DNA from: a virus
Taxonomy: Duplodnaviria > Caudoviricetes
Direction: 5' to 3' (one strand)
Length of the DNA stretch: 44,537 bases
Virus record (IMG/VR): IMGVR_UViG_3300043753_000013
Coordinates: 1 to 44,537 of that record
Positions 35,678 through 44,353 of this stretch are shown piece after piece; positions within the stretch are counted from its first letter, which is position 1; each line of letters starts with the position of its first letter. The notes under the pieces were generated by a model. It made no database searches and had not been told where the DNA came from. It saw nothing but the letters and a program-made list of their open reading frames with translations. The translations under genes and the position numbers were made by a program.

Positions 35678-35688
35678 CGGGACGAACC
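35678..35688. other. Candidate cos site (3' overhang CGGGACGAACC)
   Basis: Between HNH and terminase genes; preceded by GGGGGGGTAACCCCC; followed by TGCAGCC...TGTACG.GT, resembling actinophage left ends as recalled. Confidence 0.4.
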
Positions 35689-35743
35689 TGCAGCCCGAAG
35701 GATGTACGAGTCTGGGGACTTTGAGTCATGGAGGGGTCACACC

Positions 35744-35914
35744 GTGTCCGACCAGGCAATCGACAGCCTAGAAGCGCTCTACGACGCGCTTGATCGAGTC
35801 GAATCTAGGGCCGATCTACGCGAGATCCTGGAGTTCTGGTCCCCGCCCGACGAACCGAGCCGGCGGCTCGGACAAGGATTCATCTACGACACCTACAGGG
35901 GGATCAGTGACTGA
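35744..35914 (+). CDS. Small hypothetical protein
   Basis: GGAGGGG RBS then GTG. Confidence 0.5.
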   Translation: MSDQAIDSLEALYDALDRVESRADLREILEFWSPPDEPSRRLGQGFIYDTYRGISD

Positions 35915-36125
35915 TGAAGAGCTGAATCGACGCTTCGATCATCATCCGCCGGCAAACCGTGATGTTGCCTATCGGCATGAGCTCGTGCGCGAGACTTGCA
36001 AGGCGGTTGCAGCTTCATTCGATCTCAAGTTGCCCGAGAGCCGTGAAAAGGCTCTCGCACTGACGAAGGTCGAAGAGGCGATGTTCTGGGCCAATGCGGC
36101 AATCGCGCGCGAAGGCGCGCTGTGA
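35907..36125 (+). CDS. Acb2/Tad1-like helical-hairpin protein (putative signalling-nucleotide sponge)
   Basis: RF.HHPP....H..VR and P.SREKALALTK.EEAMFWANAAIAR signature. Confidence 0.7.
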   Translation: MTDEELNRRFDHHPPANRDVAYRHELVRETCKAVAASFDLKLPESREKALALTKVEEAMFWANAAIAREGAL

Positions 36126-36484
36126 TCGATCGCATCAAGGCCTTCAACGATGTGGCCGCCGAGAAGGTGACCGCGGCCCTCAGCAACATGTGGGCCGGCT
36201 ATCTCTTCGCCGCGATCTCTCTTGTTTCGCTGCCGGCAGTTCTCCGGACTCATGACGTCGTCGCCATTGTGGCTTGGCTCAGTCAGAACTTCATTCAGCT
36301 CGTTGCCCTCGCGATCCTCGGTGCCGGTCAGGATCGAGCCGCGGCCAAGGTGGCCGCAGAGATCCACGAGACTCATGATCTGGTGATGGAGGAGCTTCGG
36401 ATCCTGAGGGGCTCCGCCGCAATCGACGGGGAGAACGGGCAGCAGAACGACGAAGGCCCGACCATGGTCGGGCCTTCGGTCTGA
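36122..36484 (+). CDS. Membrane protein
   Basis: Two hydrophobic segments; W.SQ.FIQLV.L.I...GQ. Confidence 0.6.
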   Translation: MIDRIKAFNDVAAEKVTAALSNMWAGYLFAAISLVSLPAVLRTHDVVAIVAWLSQNFIQLVALAILGAGQDRAAAKVAAEIHETHDLVMEELRILRGSAAIDGENGQQNDEGPTMVGPSV

Positions 36485-36565
36485 GAGTGAGAGTTGTTCC
36501 TGCTGGCATCAGCCAATGCCAGCAGATCTCCCGAATCGCCTGAGTGAACCCGTCGTCGAACCTGA

Positions 36566-36642
36566 GGCGCATACCCGCGAACGCGGGGTCAACCTACTCA
36601 TGAAACGGGGCCATGAGCCATCCCCGCGAACGCGGGGCTGAT
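36566..36642 (-). CRISPR. Mini-array of two degenerate type I-E-like repeats with a 21-nt spacer; no cas genes
   Basis: ATCAGCCCCGCGTTCGCGGGGATGGCTC (36642-36615) and GTTGACCCCGCGTTCGCGGGTATGCGCC (36593-36566); CCCCGC/GCGGGG hairpin followed by an AT-starting handle. Confidence 0.6.
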
Positions 36643-36649
36643 GTCTCTG

Positions 36650-36679
36650 ACTATGCCACAGCCGCAGAGCGGCTGTCAT
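36650..36679 (-). promoter_or_regulatory. Candidate promoter ATGACA-N18-CATAGT for the mini-array, with internal palindrome ACAGCCGC-N3-GCGGCTGT
   Basis: The -10 lies 7 nt upstream of the first repeat. Confidence 0.45.
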
Positions 36680-36714
36680 CCGAACACGCAAGCTACAGAG
36701 GGGAGATGGTCACT

Positions 36715-37185
36715 ATGGCTGGTCGTGGACCGGCTCCGAAGCCGGCAGACCGGAAGCGCCGGCGCAACAACGCCGCCCCTACTACCTCTCTCTCCTCTGA
36801 TGGCTCGCTTCGTGGGAGCCCGCTCCCGCGGTCGGGTTGGATGATGAGGCTCGATGGTGAGTCGGCAGAGATGCCGTGGCCGGAGGCCACCAAGACATGG
36901 TGGCTTAACTGGCGCAAGTCTCCCCAGGCTGCCGCTTTCGCGGCCTCGGACTGGGATGTACTCCTAGAGACTGCTGTCTTGCATGCGCGGTTCTGGACTG
37001 GCGATCACGCCGTTGCCTCCGAACTCAGGCTCAGGGTCTCGAAGTTCGGAGCGACGCTGGAAGACCGCGCACGCTTGAAGATGGAGATCGACCAGGGCGA
37101 CGACGCTCCCGCGTCAACCACCTCAGATCCTGCGGTCCCGGACCTGACCGACTATCGCCGCCGCTACGCGGCTGGCAATGAATGA
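36715..37185 (+). CDS. terS: Terminase small subunit
   Basis: MAGRGPAPKP, WP..T..WW..W..SP and ELRLR..KFGAT.EDR.RL motifs. Confidence 0.85.
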   Translation: MAGRGPAPKPADRKRRRNNAAPTTSLSSDGSLRGSPLPRSGWMMRLDGESAEMPWPEATKTWWLNWRKSPQAAAFAASDWDVLLETAVLHARFWTGDHAVASELRLRVSKFGATLEDRARLKMEIDQGDDAPASTTSDPAVPDLTDYRRRYAAGNE

Positions 37186-38782
37186 AAAGCTAAGGCCGCT
37201 TCCCCCTGAGCAGACTCTTGGGTATCGAGTCCTTGACTGGTGCCGCGAGAATTTGATTCAGCCCGACGGCGAACATCAGGGCGAACCTTTCATTTTCACC
37301 GATGAGCAAGCGGCTTTCGTCACGCACTTCTACGGCGTCGATGACGCCGGACGATTCACTTTCCGTCGGGCAGTTCTCTCCCGCCCAAAGGGCTGGGGAA
37401 AAAGTCCTCTCCTTGCCGCGCTGTGTTGCGCGGAACTTCTTGGGCCGGTCGTCTACGCCGGCCGGGATGCTTCAGGGGAGCCGATTGGACGGCCTCAGCC
37501 GTCCCCGCTAGTTCAGCTTGCGGCAGTCAGCGAAGATCAGACGGCTAATACCTACGATCTCGTCAAGGAGATGCTGACCGGTCCCGCGGAGCGGAATCAT
37601 ACTGGACTCGATGTCGGCCTTACGCGCGTCTACAGCGCGACAGGCAAACTCGTCCAGGTCACCAGCAACTCGAAGAGTCGTGAAGGTCAGCGAACGACGT
37701 TCGCGGTATTGGATGAGACTCACCTCTGGAATCCGTCCAACGGCGGAGACCGGCTTGCGGCCGTCATCCGACGCAATCTTGCCAAGATGGATGGACGCAG
37801 TGTCGAGACCACGAATGCGTTTGTTCCTGGCGAAGAATCCGTTGCCGAGAAATCGGCTGAAGCGGCTCAGAAAGCCCGTGAGGGGCGCCTACGGCGTGAT
37901 GGTCTGCTCTACGACCATGTAGAGCCTCCCTTTGAGGTGGACAAGACTTCAGAGCGAAGCATTCGCGATGCCCTCTCCTTCGTCTATGGCGACGCGAAAG
38001 CCTGGATCAATTTCGATCGCATCATCGATGAGATCTGGGATCCGGCCACGGATCCTCAGGACAGTGATCGTTTTTATTTCAACATGATCACTGCAGCCAC
38101 TGACGCTTGGATAAGTCAGCCGGAATGGCTTGCCTGCCAGGATCACGAGAAGACGGTCGAGCCCGGTGACATCGTCACCTTGGGCTTTGATGGTTCCCGC
38201 AAGCGCATTCGCGGCGTGACCGATGCTACCGCGCTGATCGGTTGTCGCGTAAGCGACGGACACCTCTTCCAGATTGCGGTCTGGGAACAGCCCGAAGGGC
38301 CTGCCGGCGAAGGCTGGGAGGTTCCGATTATTGAAGTCCTCTCCGCTGTCGATGATGCCTTTGACCAATACACGGTGGTCGGTTTTTATGCCGACCCCGC
38401 AAAGTGGGAAGGGCACGTCAGCACATGGGAGGCTCGATATGGGCCTCGACTCAAGATCAAGGCTTCCGCTAACCACCCCATTGAATGGTGGATGACTGGC
38501 GGTAGGGCCAGTCTGACGGTTCGCGCGTTGGAGATCCTGCATAACGCGATCATCGATCAGGAGATGAGCCATGACGGCTCATTCGCATTGACGCGTCACA
38601 TGCTCAATGCCCGCCGGCGCGTTGGTCGCGCTGGTATCACGATCGCCAAAGACCATCCGTCCTCGCCACGAAAGATCGATGCGGCCATTTCCGCGACTCT
38701 CGCATTCAAGGCGCGCATGGACGCTCTCGCGTCCGGCGTGACCGAAACCAAGAAAAAGTCTCGCAAGCTCTACCGATTTTAG
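37178..38782 (+). CDS. terL: Terminase large subunit
   Basis: RPKGWGKSP Walker A, LDETHLW Walker B, LGFDGS nuclease and KIDAA motifs. Confidence 0.96.
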   Translation: MNEKLRPLPPEQTLGYRVLDWCRENLIQPDGEHQGEPFIFTDEQAAFVTHFYGVDDAGRFTFRRAVLSRPKGWGKSPLLAALCCAELLGPVVYAGRDASGEPIGRPQPSPLVQLAAVSEDQTANTYDLVKEMLTGPAERNHTGLDVGLTRVYSATGKLVQVTSNSKSREGQRTTFAVLDETHLWNPSNGGDRLAAVIRRNLAKMDGRSVETTNAFVPGEESVAEKSAEAAQKAREGRLRRDGLLYDHVEPPFEVDKTSERSIRDALSFVYGDAKAWINFDRIIDEIWDPATDPQDSDRFYFNMITAATDAWISQPEWLACQDHEKTVEPGDIVTLGFDGSRKRIRGVTDATALIGCRVSDGHLFQIAVWEQPEGPAGEGWEVPIIEVLSAVDDAFDQYTVVGFYADPAKWEGHVSTWEARYGPRLKIKASANHPIEWWMTGGRASLTVRALEILHNAIIDQEMSHDGSFALTRHMLNARRRVGRAGITIAKDHPSSPRKIDAAISATLAFKARMDALASGVTETKKKSRKLYRF

Positions 38783-38790
38783 GGGGTCGA

Positions 38791-40257
38791 GTGCTCAACG
38801 ACGCTAACACTCCGAGTGCCCCTGGTTGGTGGCTGCTGCGTCTTGGTACTGCGCTTGCCGCGGATACTGATCGACTTGCTACTCTGCAGCAGTATGACGA
38901 CGGAAATCATCCGCTGCCGACCGGCAACCGGAAGATGCGCGAAACCTATCATCGACTTCAAAAGATGAGCCGAAGCAACTACACGGGGCTTGTCGCTGAG
39001 GCAGTCCGAGAACGTCTCTCGGTCATGGGCTTCAGGACCGGCTCCGCCGGCTCCGAGAAGACGGATGAGGAAGCCTGGCGCATCTGGCAGGCGAATTCCT
39101 TGGATGCCGATAGCGCCATCGTTCATCATCAGGCTGGCGCGCTGGGACGCGCCTATGTGATCGTGGGTCCGGATCCTAAGGATTCTACAACTCCGATCAT
39201 CACCCCAGAGTCTCCACTTCAGGTGATACACGAATCGGACCCTGTCCGGCCGCGGAAGCTTCTTGCGGCCATGAAGACGTGGGTTGATGGGATCCAGAAT
39301 CGCCAACTAGCGATTCTCTACCTGCCGGACCTGATCGTCTATTTCCGGGCTGTCAAGGCCGGCGAGACGACCACCGCTTGGCAGGCAACAGCGTGGGAGC
39401 TGGACCCCGATAATGTGCCGGTTCCGAATCTGCTCGGTGAAGTCCCGGTAGTCCCGTTCATTAATCGCCGCGCCCGGCGCCCAATGGGCATGGGCGAGTT
39501 TGAGGACGTGACGGATATCCAAGACAGGATCAACGTCACTGCCCTTGATCGTCTTGTCACTCAGGCAATGCAGGCCTATCGACAGAGATGGGTCAAGGGG
39601 GTTGAAGTCGAGGATGAGAACGGAAATCCCCAGCGACCTTTTGATCCGGGTGCTGATCTCCTCTGGGTTGTCCCGGACGCCGATGCAGCCTTCGGCGACT
39701 TTCAGGCAACTGATCTAAAGCCGATCCTTTCAGCCGCATCCGCCGACATTAGAGATCTTGCGGCTATCAGCCGTACTCCGCCTCACTATCTGCTGGCGGA
39801 CATCGCCAATGTGTCCGGCGACGCTCTTGCGGCCGCGGAAAGCGGCTTGACGTCAAAGGTCAAAGATCGATCCGTTGAATTTGGCGAGTGTTGGGAGCGA
39901 GTCCTTCGGCTCGCCGGCCAGTACATCGGGACTGACGTTGGTCAAGACAGCACGGTCGTGTGGATGGATCCTGAGCGGCGGACGCTCGCAGAGCTAGCGG
40001 ACGCTGCCGTCAAATGGGAAGCCGCCGGCGTTCCATTCAGGGAGAGGATGGCTCTCCTGGGCTTCACTCCGTCGGAGATCGACAGGATGGAAGCCGAACG
40101 GATGAAGGACGCCCTGATGGCAGCCCTCTCTAATCCCATGGGTGTTGATCCGGGCGCCGCCCCGGGCGCTACCACGATGGCGCTCACGGATCCTGGCTCT
40201 TCCTCTCCGGCTCCGCCCGGACAGACTCCGCCGGCTCAATCGCGGGCGGCCAAGTGA
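38791..40257 (+). CDS. Portal protein (SPP1 gp6-like)
   Basis: Follows terL; W..WQAN.LD, VPVVPF.N, GEFE.V..IQDRIN and N.SGDAL.AAE motifs. Confidence 0.93.
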   Translation: MLNDANTPSAPGWWLLRLGTALAADTDRLATLQQYDDGNHPLPTGNRKMRETYHRLQKMSRSNYTGLVAEAVRERLSVMGFRTGSAGSEKTDEEAWRIWQANSLDADSAIVHHQAGALGRAYVIVGPDPKDSTTPIITPESPLQVIHESDPVRPRKLLAAMKTWVDGIQNRQLAILYLPDLIVYFRAVKAGETTTAWQATAWELDPDNVPVPNLLGEVPVVPFINRRARRPMGMGEFEDVTDIQDRINVTALDRLVTQAMQAYRQRWVKGVEVEDENGNPQRPFDPGADLLWVVPDADAAFGDFQATDLKPILSAASADIRDLAAISRTPPHYLLADIANVSGDALAAAESGLTSKVKDRSVEFGECWERVLRLAGQYIGTDVGQDSTVVWMDPERRTLAELADAAVKWEAAGVPFRERMALLGFTPSEIDRMEAERMKDALMAALSNPMGVDPGAAPGATTMALTDPGSSSPAPPGQTPPAQSRAAK

Positions 40258-40357
40258 GGCTTCTCTATCGTTCTGGATTTCGATACTACTGCCACCGAGA
40301 TGGCCTGATTCTCTGGTGGTGGCAGAGGTGCCCGCATAAGCCCCGGTGGTATCGCGG

Positions 40358-41176
40358 ATGACTACAGCTCTTGCTGTCAGGGCTTCGGCCGCGGTAGTAG
40401 CGACCAGGGCGAGGACTCTTCAGGCGGCTCGGGCCGCCTGGTTCTCAGTCCCGGACTACAAGGACGACGGTCTAGCCGCATGGCTCGACGTGATTGTCCC
40501 TCTCCTGATGGCAGGTCAACAGACCATCGCGTCCCTGACCGATATCTACATTGCCTCATCCCTCTCTGAGCTGTCTCAACAGATCGTGAACCCGGTTGGC
40601 ATCCCTGCCGAAATGGCCTCAGGTGCCGTACTCCGAAACGGAGTCTCGCCGGAGATCGAGTATGAGCGGCCCTTTAAGGAGATCTGGTATCAGCTCTCCC
40701 AAGACAAGGAGTTCGCTGATGCCGTGAGGCTTGGTGAACAACGCGCCATGACGATGATCTCAACTGATCTCCAGTTGGCTCGAACTCACTCAGCGCGGTA
40801 CGCGCTATCCCAGTCTGGTCCTGATCTCGGAGTCGTCGGCTATCGCCGCGTTCTCGGCTCTAGTCACTCCTGCGAGCTTTGCCAGATCGCAAGTACTCAG
40901 CGATATCACATCGCCGAGCTGATGCCCATCCATGCCAATTGCTCTTGCGGCGTCTCCCCGATTCTCGGAAACAAGGATCCCGGGCAGAGGATCGATAAGG
41001 CATACCTCTCTGGGGACGCCACGGCGTCTGATCAATCCGGGCGCTTCTCTCCGTACTTTGGCAATCACATCCTCGAAGTTCGACAGCACGGAGAACTAGG
41101 CCCGGTTCTCACGGTCCGCAACCAATCATTCCGCGGACCCAGCGACATTCCAGCGGCAGCCGAAACGGCGGCCTGA
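40358..41176 (+). CDS. MuF-like minor head/capsid maturation protein
   Basis: YRRV.....C..C..ASTQRY....L.PIH.NC.C.V.P motif. Confidence 0.75.
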   Translation: MTTALAVRASAAVVATRARTLQAARAAWFSVPDYKDDGLAAWLDVIVPLLMAGQQTIASLTDIYIASSLSELSQQIVNPVGIPAEMASGAVLRNGVSPEIEYERPFKEIWYQLSQDKEFADAVRLGEQRAMTMISTDLQLARTHSARYALSQSGPDLGVVGYRRVLGSSHSCELCQIASTQRYHIAELMPIHANCSCGVSPILGNKDPGQRIDKAYLSGDATASDQSGRFSPYFGNHILEVRQHGELGPVLTVRNQSFRGPSDIPAAAETAA

Positions 41177-41194
41177 CCCGAAACGGGAAATGAG

Positions 41195-41671
41195 ATGACT
41201 GACCCGAATCCTTCTGGCGCGACTCCGCCGAATGGCGATCCTTCGAACCCGACTCCGCCGGCCGGAGAGGTCGATTGGCAGAAGGAAGCCGAGAAGTGGA
41301 AGGCGCTTTCTCGGAAGAACGAGGAAAGCGCGAAGGCGAACGCTGGCGCTGCGGCTGAGCTTCAGACCATCAAGGACTCTCAGCTGAATGCTGAGCAGAA
41401 GGCCCAGAAGGCCGCTGAGAAGGCAGTAGCAGAAGCGACGGCCGCTAAGACGGAGCTAGCCCGATATCGCGTGGCAGCTTCCAAGGGTGTCCCCGCAGAG
41501 CTTCTGACTGGCGCCGATGAGACAACTCTCAATGCTCAGGCTGACGCGCTTCTTGCCTTTATGGGTCGGCAGACCCCGACTCCGCCCGTTCCGGACCTCG
41601 GACAGGGCAATAGGGGCGGTACTCCGCCCCAGGATCCCAACGCATGGCTTCGCCGGATGGCAGGCCGCTAA
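41195..41671 (+). CDS. Scaffolding protein
   Basis: WK..SRK.E motif, coiled coil, position before capsid; CCGAAACGG repeats upstream. Confidence 0.85.
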   Translation: MTDPNPSGATPPNGDPSNPTPPAGEVDWQKEAEKWKALSRKNEESAKANAGAAAELQTIKDSQLNAEQKAQKAAEKAVAEATAAKTELARYRVAASKGVPAELLTGADETTLNAQADALLAFMGRQTPTPPVPDLGQGNRGGTPPQDPNAWLRRMAGR

Positions 41672-41678
41672 AGCCTTA

Positions 41679-41713
41679 GCCCGTCTCCCATTAGCCCGGG
41701 AACGGGCTTTTTT
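41679..41713 (+). terminator. Stem-loop with U-tract between scaffold and capsid genes
   Basis: AGCCCGT...ACGGGCTTTTTT. Confidence 0.5.
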
Positions 41714-41730
41714 CATGGGAGGACTCAGCT

Positions 41731-42750
41731 TTGACTACCAACCCCTTTTCCGGTGGCCAGTATGGCTCCGGCCTCTACCGTAATGCCGGCACTCCGGCCG
41801 GTGGCGAGGCCCTTGTTCCTACTCCGGTCTCCGCTCAGATTATCCAGGAGCTGCCGACCGCATCGGCGGTTCTGTCCCGCGCACGCATGGCGCGCATGTC
41901 CGCGCTGACTCAGCGGCAGCCGGTCCTCTCTGTTCTGCCTCAGGCGTATTTTCTGAACTCCGGCGGTACGCCGGGTGGCGCTGACTATCAGCTGAAGAGC
42001 ACCACTCAGCAGCAGTGGAAAAACGTTCAGTTGGTCGCTGAAGAGCTTGCCGTGATTGTGCCGATTCCTCAGGCCTATCTCGATGATGCTCAGGTTGATA
42101 TTTGGGCTGAGGTGAAGCCCCGAATCGTTGAGGCTCTGGGTATCGCCATCGATTCGGCATGTCTTTTTGGCGTCAATCGGCCCACCACGTGGAGTACGGA
42201 CATCTATACCGCCGCGACCGCGGCCGGCAACACTGTGACTCCGCAGACCATGACTGGGGCAAGCGGTCCGGACATTGGCCAGGCAGTTACCCAGATGGGT
42301 ACCCAGCTGGTGAAGCAGGGTTATGCCATCAATGGCTTTGTCACTGCCCCTGGATTCGGTTGGACGCTGGCTGGCTATCGGTCTCCTCAGGGTCTGCCGA
42401 TTTATCAGCCGAATCCTGACGACACTCCCGGTGGTCGACTCTACGGCTTCGCTACGAGCGAGGCCGTAAACGGCGCCTTCGACCCCACGAAGGCTTCCCT
42501 GATCGCTGGTCAGTGGAGTAACGCCATTGTCGGCATGCGACAGGACATCAGCTTCACGATGCACACCGATGGTGTCATTCAGGATAACACCGGCGCAATC
42601 GTCCTGAACCTTATGCAGCAGGATTCAGTGGCCCTTCGTTGCGTTATGCGCCTCGGTTTCGCCACGGCTAACCCGGTGACCGCTCTGGGCGCCAAGCGTG
42701 GTACCTACTACCCGTTCAGCGTCATGAACACCGTTGCTTCTCTGACCTGA
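41731..42750 (+). CDS. Major capsid protein (HK97 fold)
   Basis: LVP......II, AEELAVIVPIP...LDD and NLMQQD.VALR...R.GF motifs; GGAGGA RBS then TTG. Confidence 0.93.
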   Translation: MTTNPFSGGQYGSGLYRNAGTPAGGEALVPTPVSAQIIQELPTASAVLSRARMARMSALTQRQPVLSVLPQAYFLNSGGTPGGADYQLKSTTQQQWKNVQLVAEELAVIVPIPQAYLDDAQVDIWAEVKPRIVEALGIAIDSACLFGVNRPTTWSTDIYTAATAAGNTVTPQTMTGASGPDIGQAVTQMGTQLVKQGYAINGFVTAPGFGWTLAGYRSPQGLPIYQPNPDDTPGGRLYGFATSEAVNGAFDPTKASLIAGQWSNAIVGMRQDISFTMHTDGVIQDNTGAIVLNLMQQDSVALRCVMRLGFATANPVTALGAKRGTYYPFSVMNTVASLT

Positions 42751-42767
42751 TTCTAGGAGGTTTGCCG

Positions 42768-43730
42768 GTGCGCGTGCTCGCGGCAGTTCATTGGTATGTG
42801 CCCCTTCATAACGGAGGGGCTGAAGTAATGCTCCACACGATGCTGCGTGCACTGGCAGACCGCGGTCACGAGATTCACGTCTTGGAGTCTCGTCCGCCGC
42901 TCGATGAGCGGTATCGGCATGACGGATACGTCGTTGACGGGATTCATGTCCATCCCCATCGGGACAAGGAAGACCTTCCCGAGATGATGGCGAATTCAGA
43001 CGTCATCGTGACGCATCTTGAGAATACGGCGCGAGCCGTTGTCCTCTCTCGTTGGATGCAGAAGCCCTGTTTCGTGCTTCTTCACAACGATGACGACAAC
43101 ACGCGGGCATGGTCGAACGATCGAGACATCTGGCAGGTCTACAACTCTGAATGGCTCCGTGAGGAGCTTGAGCCAACTCCACTGAGTTTCATTGTCCGTC
43201 CCCCGATTCTGTCGGAAGAGTACAAGACGACTCCGGGCGAGAAGATCACCCTGATCAACCTCTCCGAAGACAAGGGCTCGCGCATCTTCTATGAGATGGC
43301 CCGACGCATGCCGGAGACAGAATTTCTCGGCGTGGTCGGCGCTCATGGAGATCAGATCCGCGAGGATCTGCCCAACGTTGAGATCATTGAGCACACCGAC
43401 CCGCACAAGATGCGGGAGGTATACGGCAAGACTCGAATTCTGCTCATGCCCTCGGACTATGAGTCTTGGGGACGCGTTGGCGTTGAGGCCATGGCTTCGG
43501 GCATTCCGGTCATCGCATCCCCAACTCCCGGGCTGACAGAGTCACTTGGGGCCGCAGGCACTCTCGTCCCGCGGGATGACCTTGACGCCTGGGAGTCGGC
43601 TCTACGCCGGCTGATTGACGGACGATCCTGGCGCGCTGCCTCGAAGCGCGCTCTTGCTCGGTCGGCACAGCTTGATGCTCTCCGCGTTGAAGACCTTGCC
43701 GCATGGGTGGACGCCGTGGAGTCGGCATGA
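42768..43730 (+). CDS. Glycosyltransferase (GT-B, family 4-like)
   Basis: H.Y.P....GAE, KG and LLMPS.YESWGRVGVEAMASGIPVIA..PGL.E motifs. Confidence 0.92.
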   Translation: MRVLAAVHWYVPLHNGGAEVMLHTMLRALADRGHEIHVLESRPPLDERYRHDGYVVDGIHVHPHRDKEDLPEMMANSDVIVTHLENTARAVVLSRWMQKPCFVLLHNDDDNTRAWSNDRDIWQVYNSEWLREELEPTPLSFIVRPPILSEEYKTTPGEKITLINLSEDKGSRIFYEMARRMPETEFLGVVGAHGDQIREDLPNVEIIEHTDPHKMREVYGKTRILLMPSDYESWGRVGVEAMASGIPVIASPTPGLTESLGAAGTLVPRDDLDAWESALRRLIDGRSWRAASKRALARSAQLDALRVEDLAAWVDAVESA

Positions 43731-44353
43731 GTCTCCCAACTCTCGCCCAGATAGCGGATGTTCAGGCCCGCATGCCGAGGGCGATGACGACGGAAGAGAC
43801 GACCAGGGCGACGACGCTCCTAGTCGATGCTTCCGCCCGCGTGCGGGCTCATGTCCGTCAGACCATCAGTCAAATACAGACCACGGTCGTTCTGGCGCCG
43901 AATGACAATCAGGTCATCCTTCCGGAGCGGCCGATCATATCGGTCGACGCGGTAGCCCGCGTCAATGCTGATGGCAAGTCTTTCATGCCGTATTCCGTCT
44001 GGACTTTTGATGGCCGCGACACCCTCATGCTTGGTCCACCTTCGGCGATTATCAATGCGCCCCAGGTCTGGACCGATATGGATTGGTTCTGGAGAAATGT
44101 TACCTACCAGATCCAATACACCCATGGCTACACGAGCATTCCTGACGACATCGTCGGAATCGTTGCTTCGATGGTCATGCGAGTCATCATGGCGCCCGGA
44201 TCTCCGGGCGTGCAATCCGAGACTATCGGCGGATACAGCTACCGCATGATGGACGGCTATCCAACGGCAATCGTGACGCTGTCGAGCGATGAGGCTAAGT
44301 ATCTGACCCGCGTCTATGGCGGCCGGCGTAACCGGACGATTGAGTTGCGATGA
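43727..44353 (+). CDS. Head-to-tail adaptor
   Basis: LA...DV..R, LL.DASA.VR, YTHGY..IP.D and SETIGGYSY motifs. Confidence 0.85.
   Translation: MSLPTLAQIADVQARMPRAMTTEETTRATTLLVDASARVRAHVRQTISQIQTTVVLAPNDNQVILPERPIISVDAVARVNADGKSFMPYSVWTFDGRDTLMLGPPSAIINAPQVWTDMDWFWRNVTYQIQYTHGYTSIPDDIVGIVASMVMRVIMAPGSPGVQSETIGGYSYRMMDGYPTAIVTLSSDEAKYLTRVYGGRRNRTIELR

Noticed and set aside
36613-36714. Longer terS start at 36613
   Set aside because: Runs through the repeat and promoter elements; the MAGRGPAPK start at 36715 has a GGGGAG RBS and matches the family N-terminus
28331-38782. Inteins or introns in dnaE or terL
   Set aside because: Protein lengths and motif spacing are continuous; no splice-junction motifs seen
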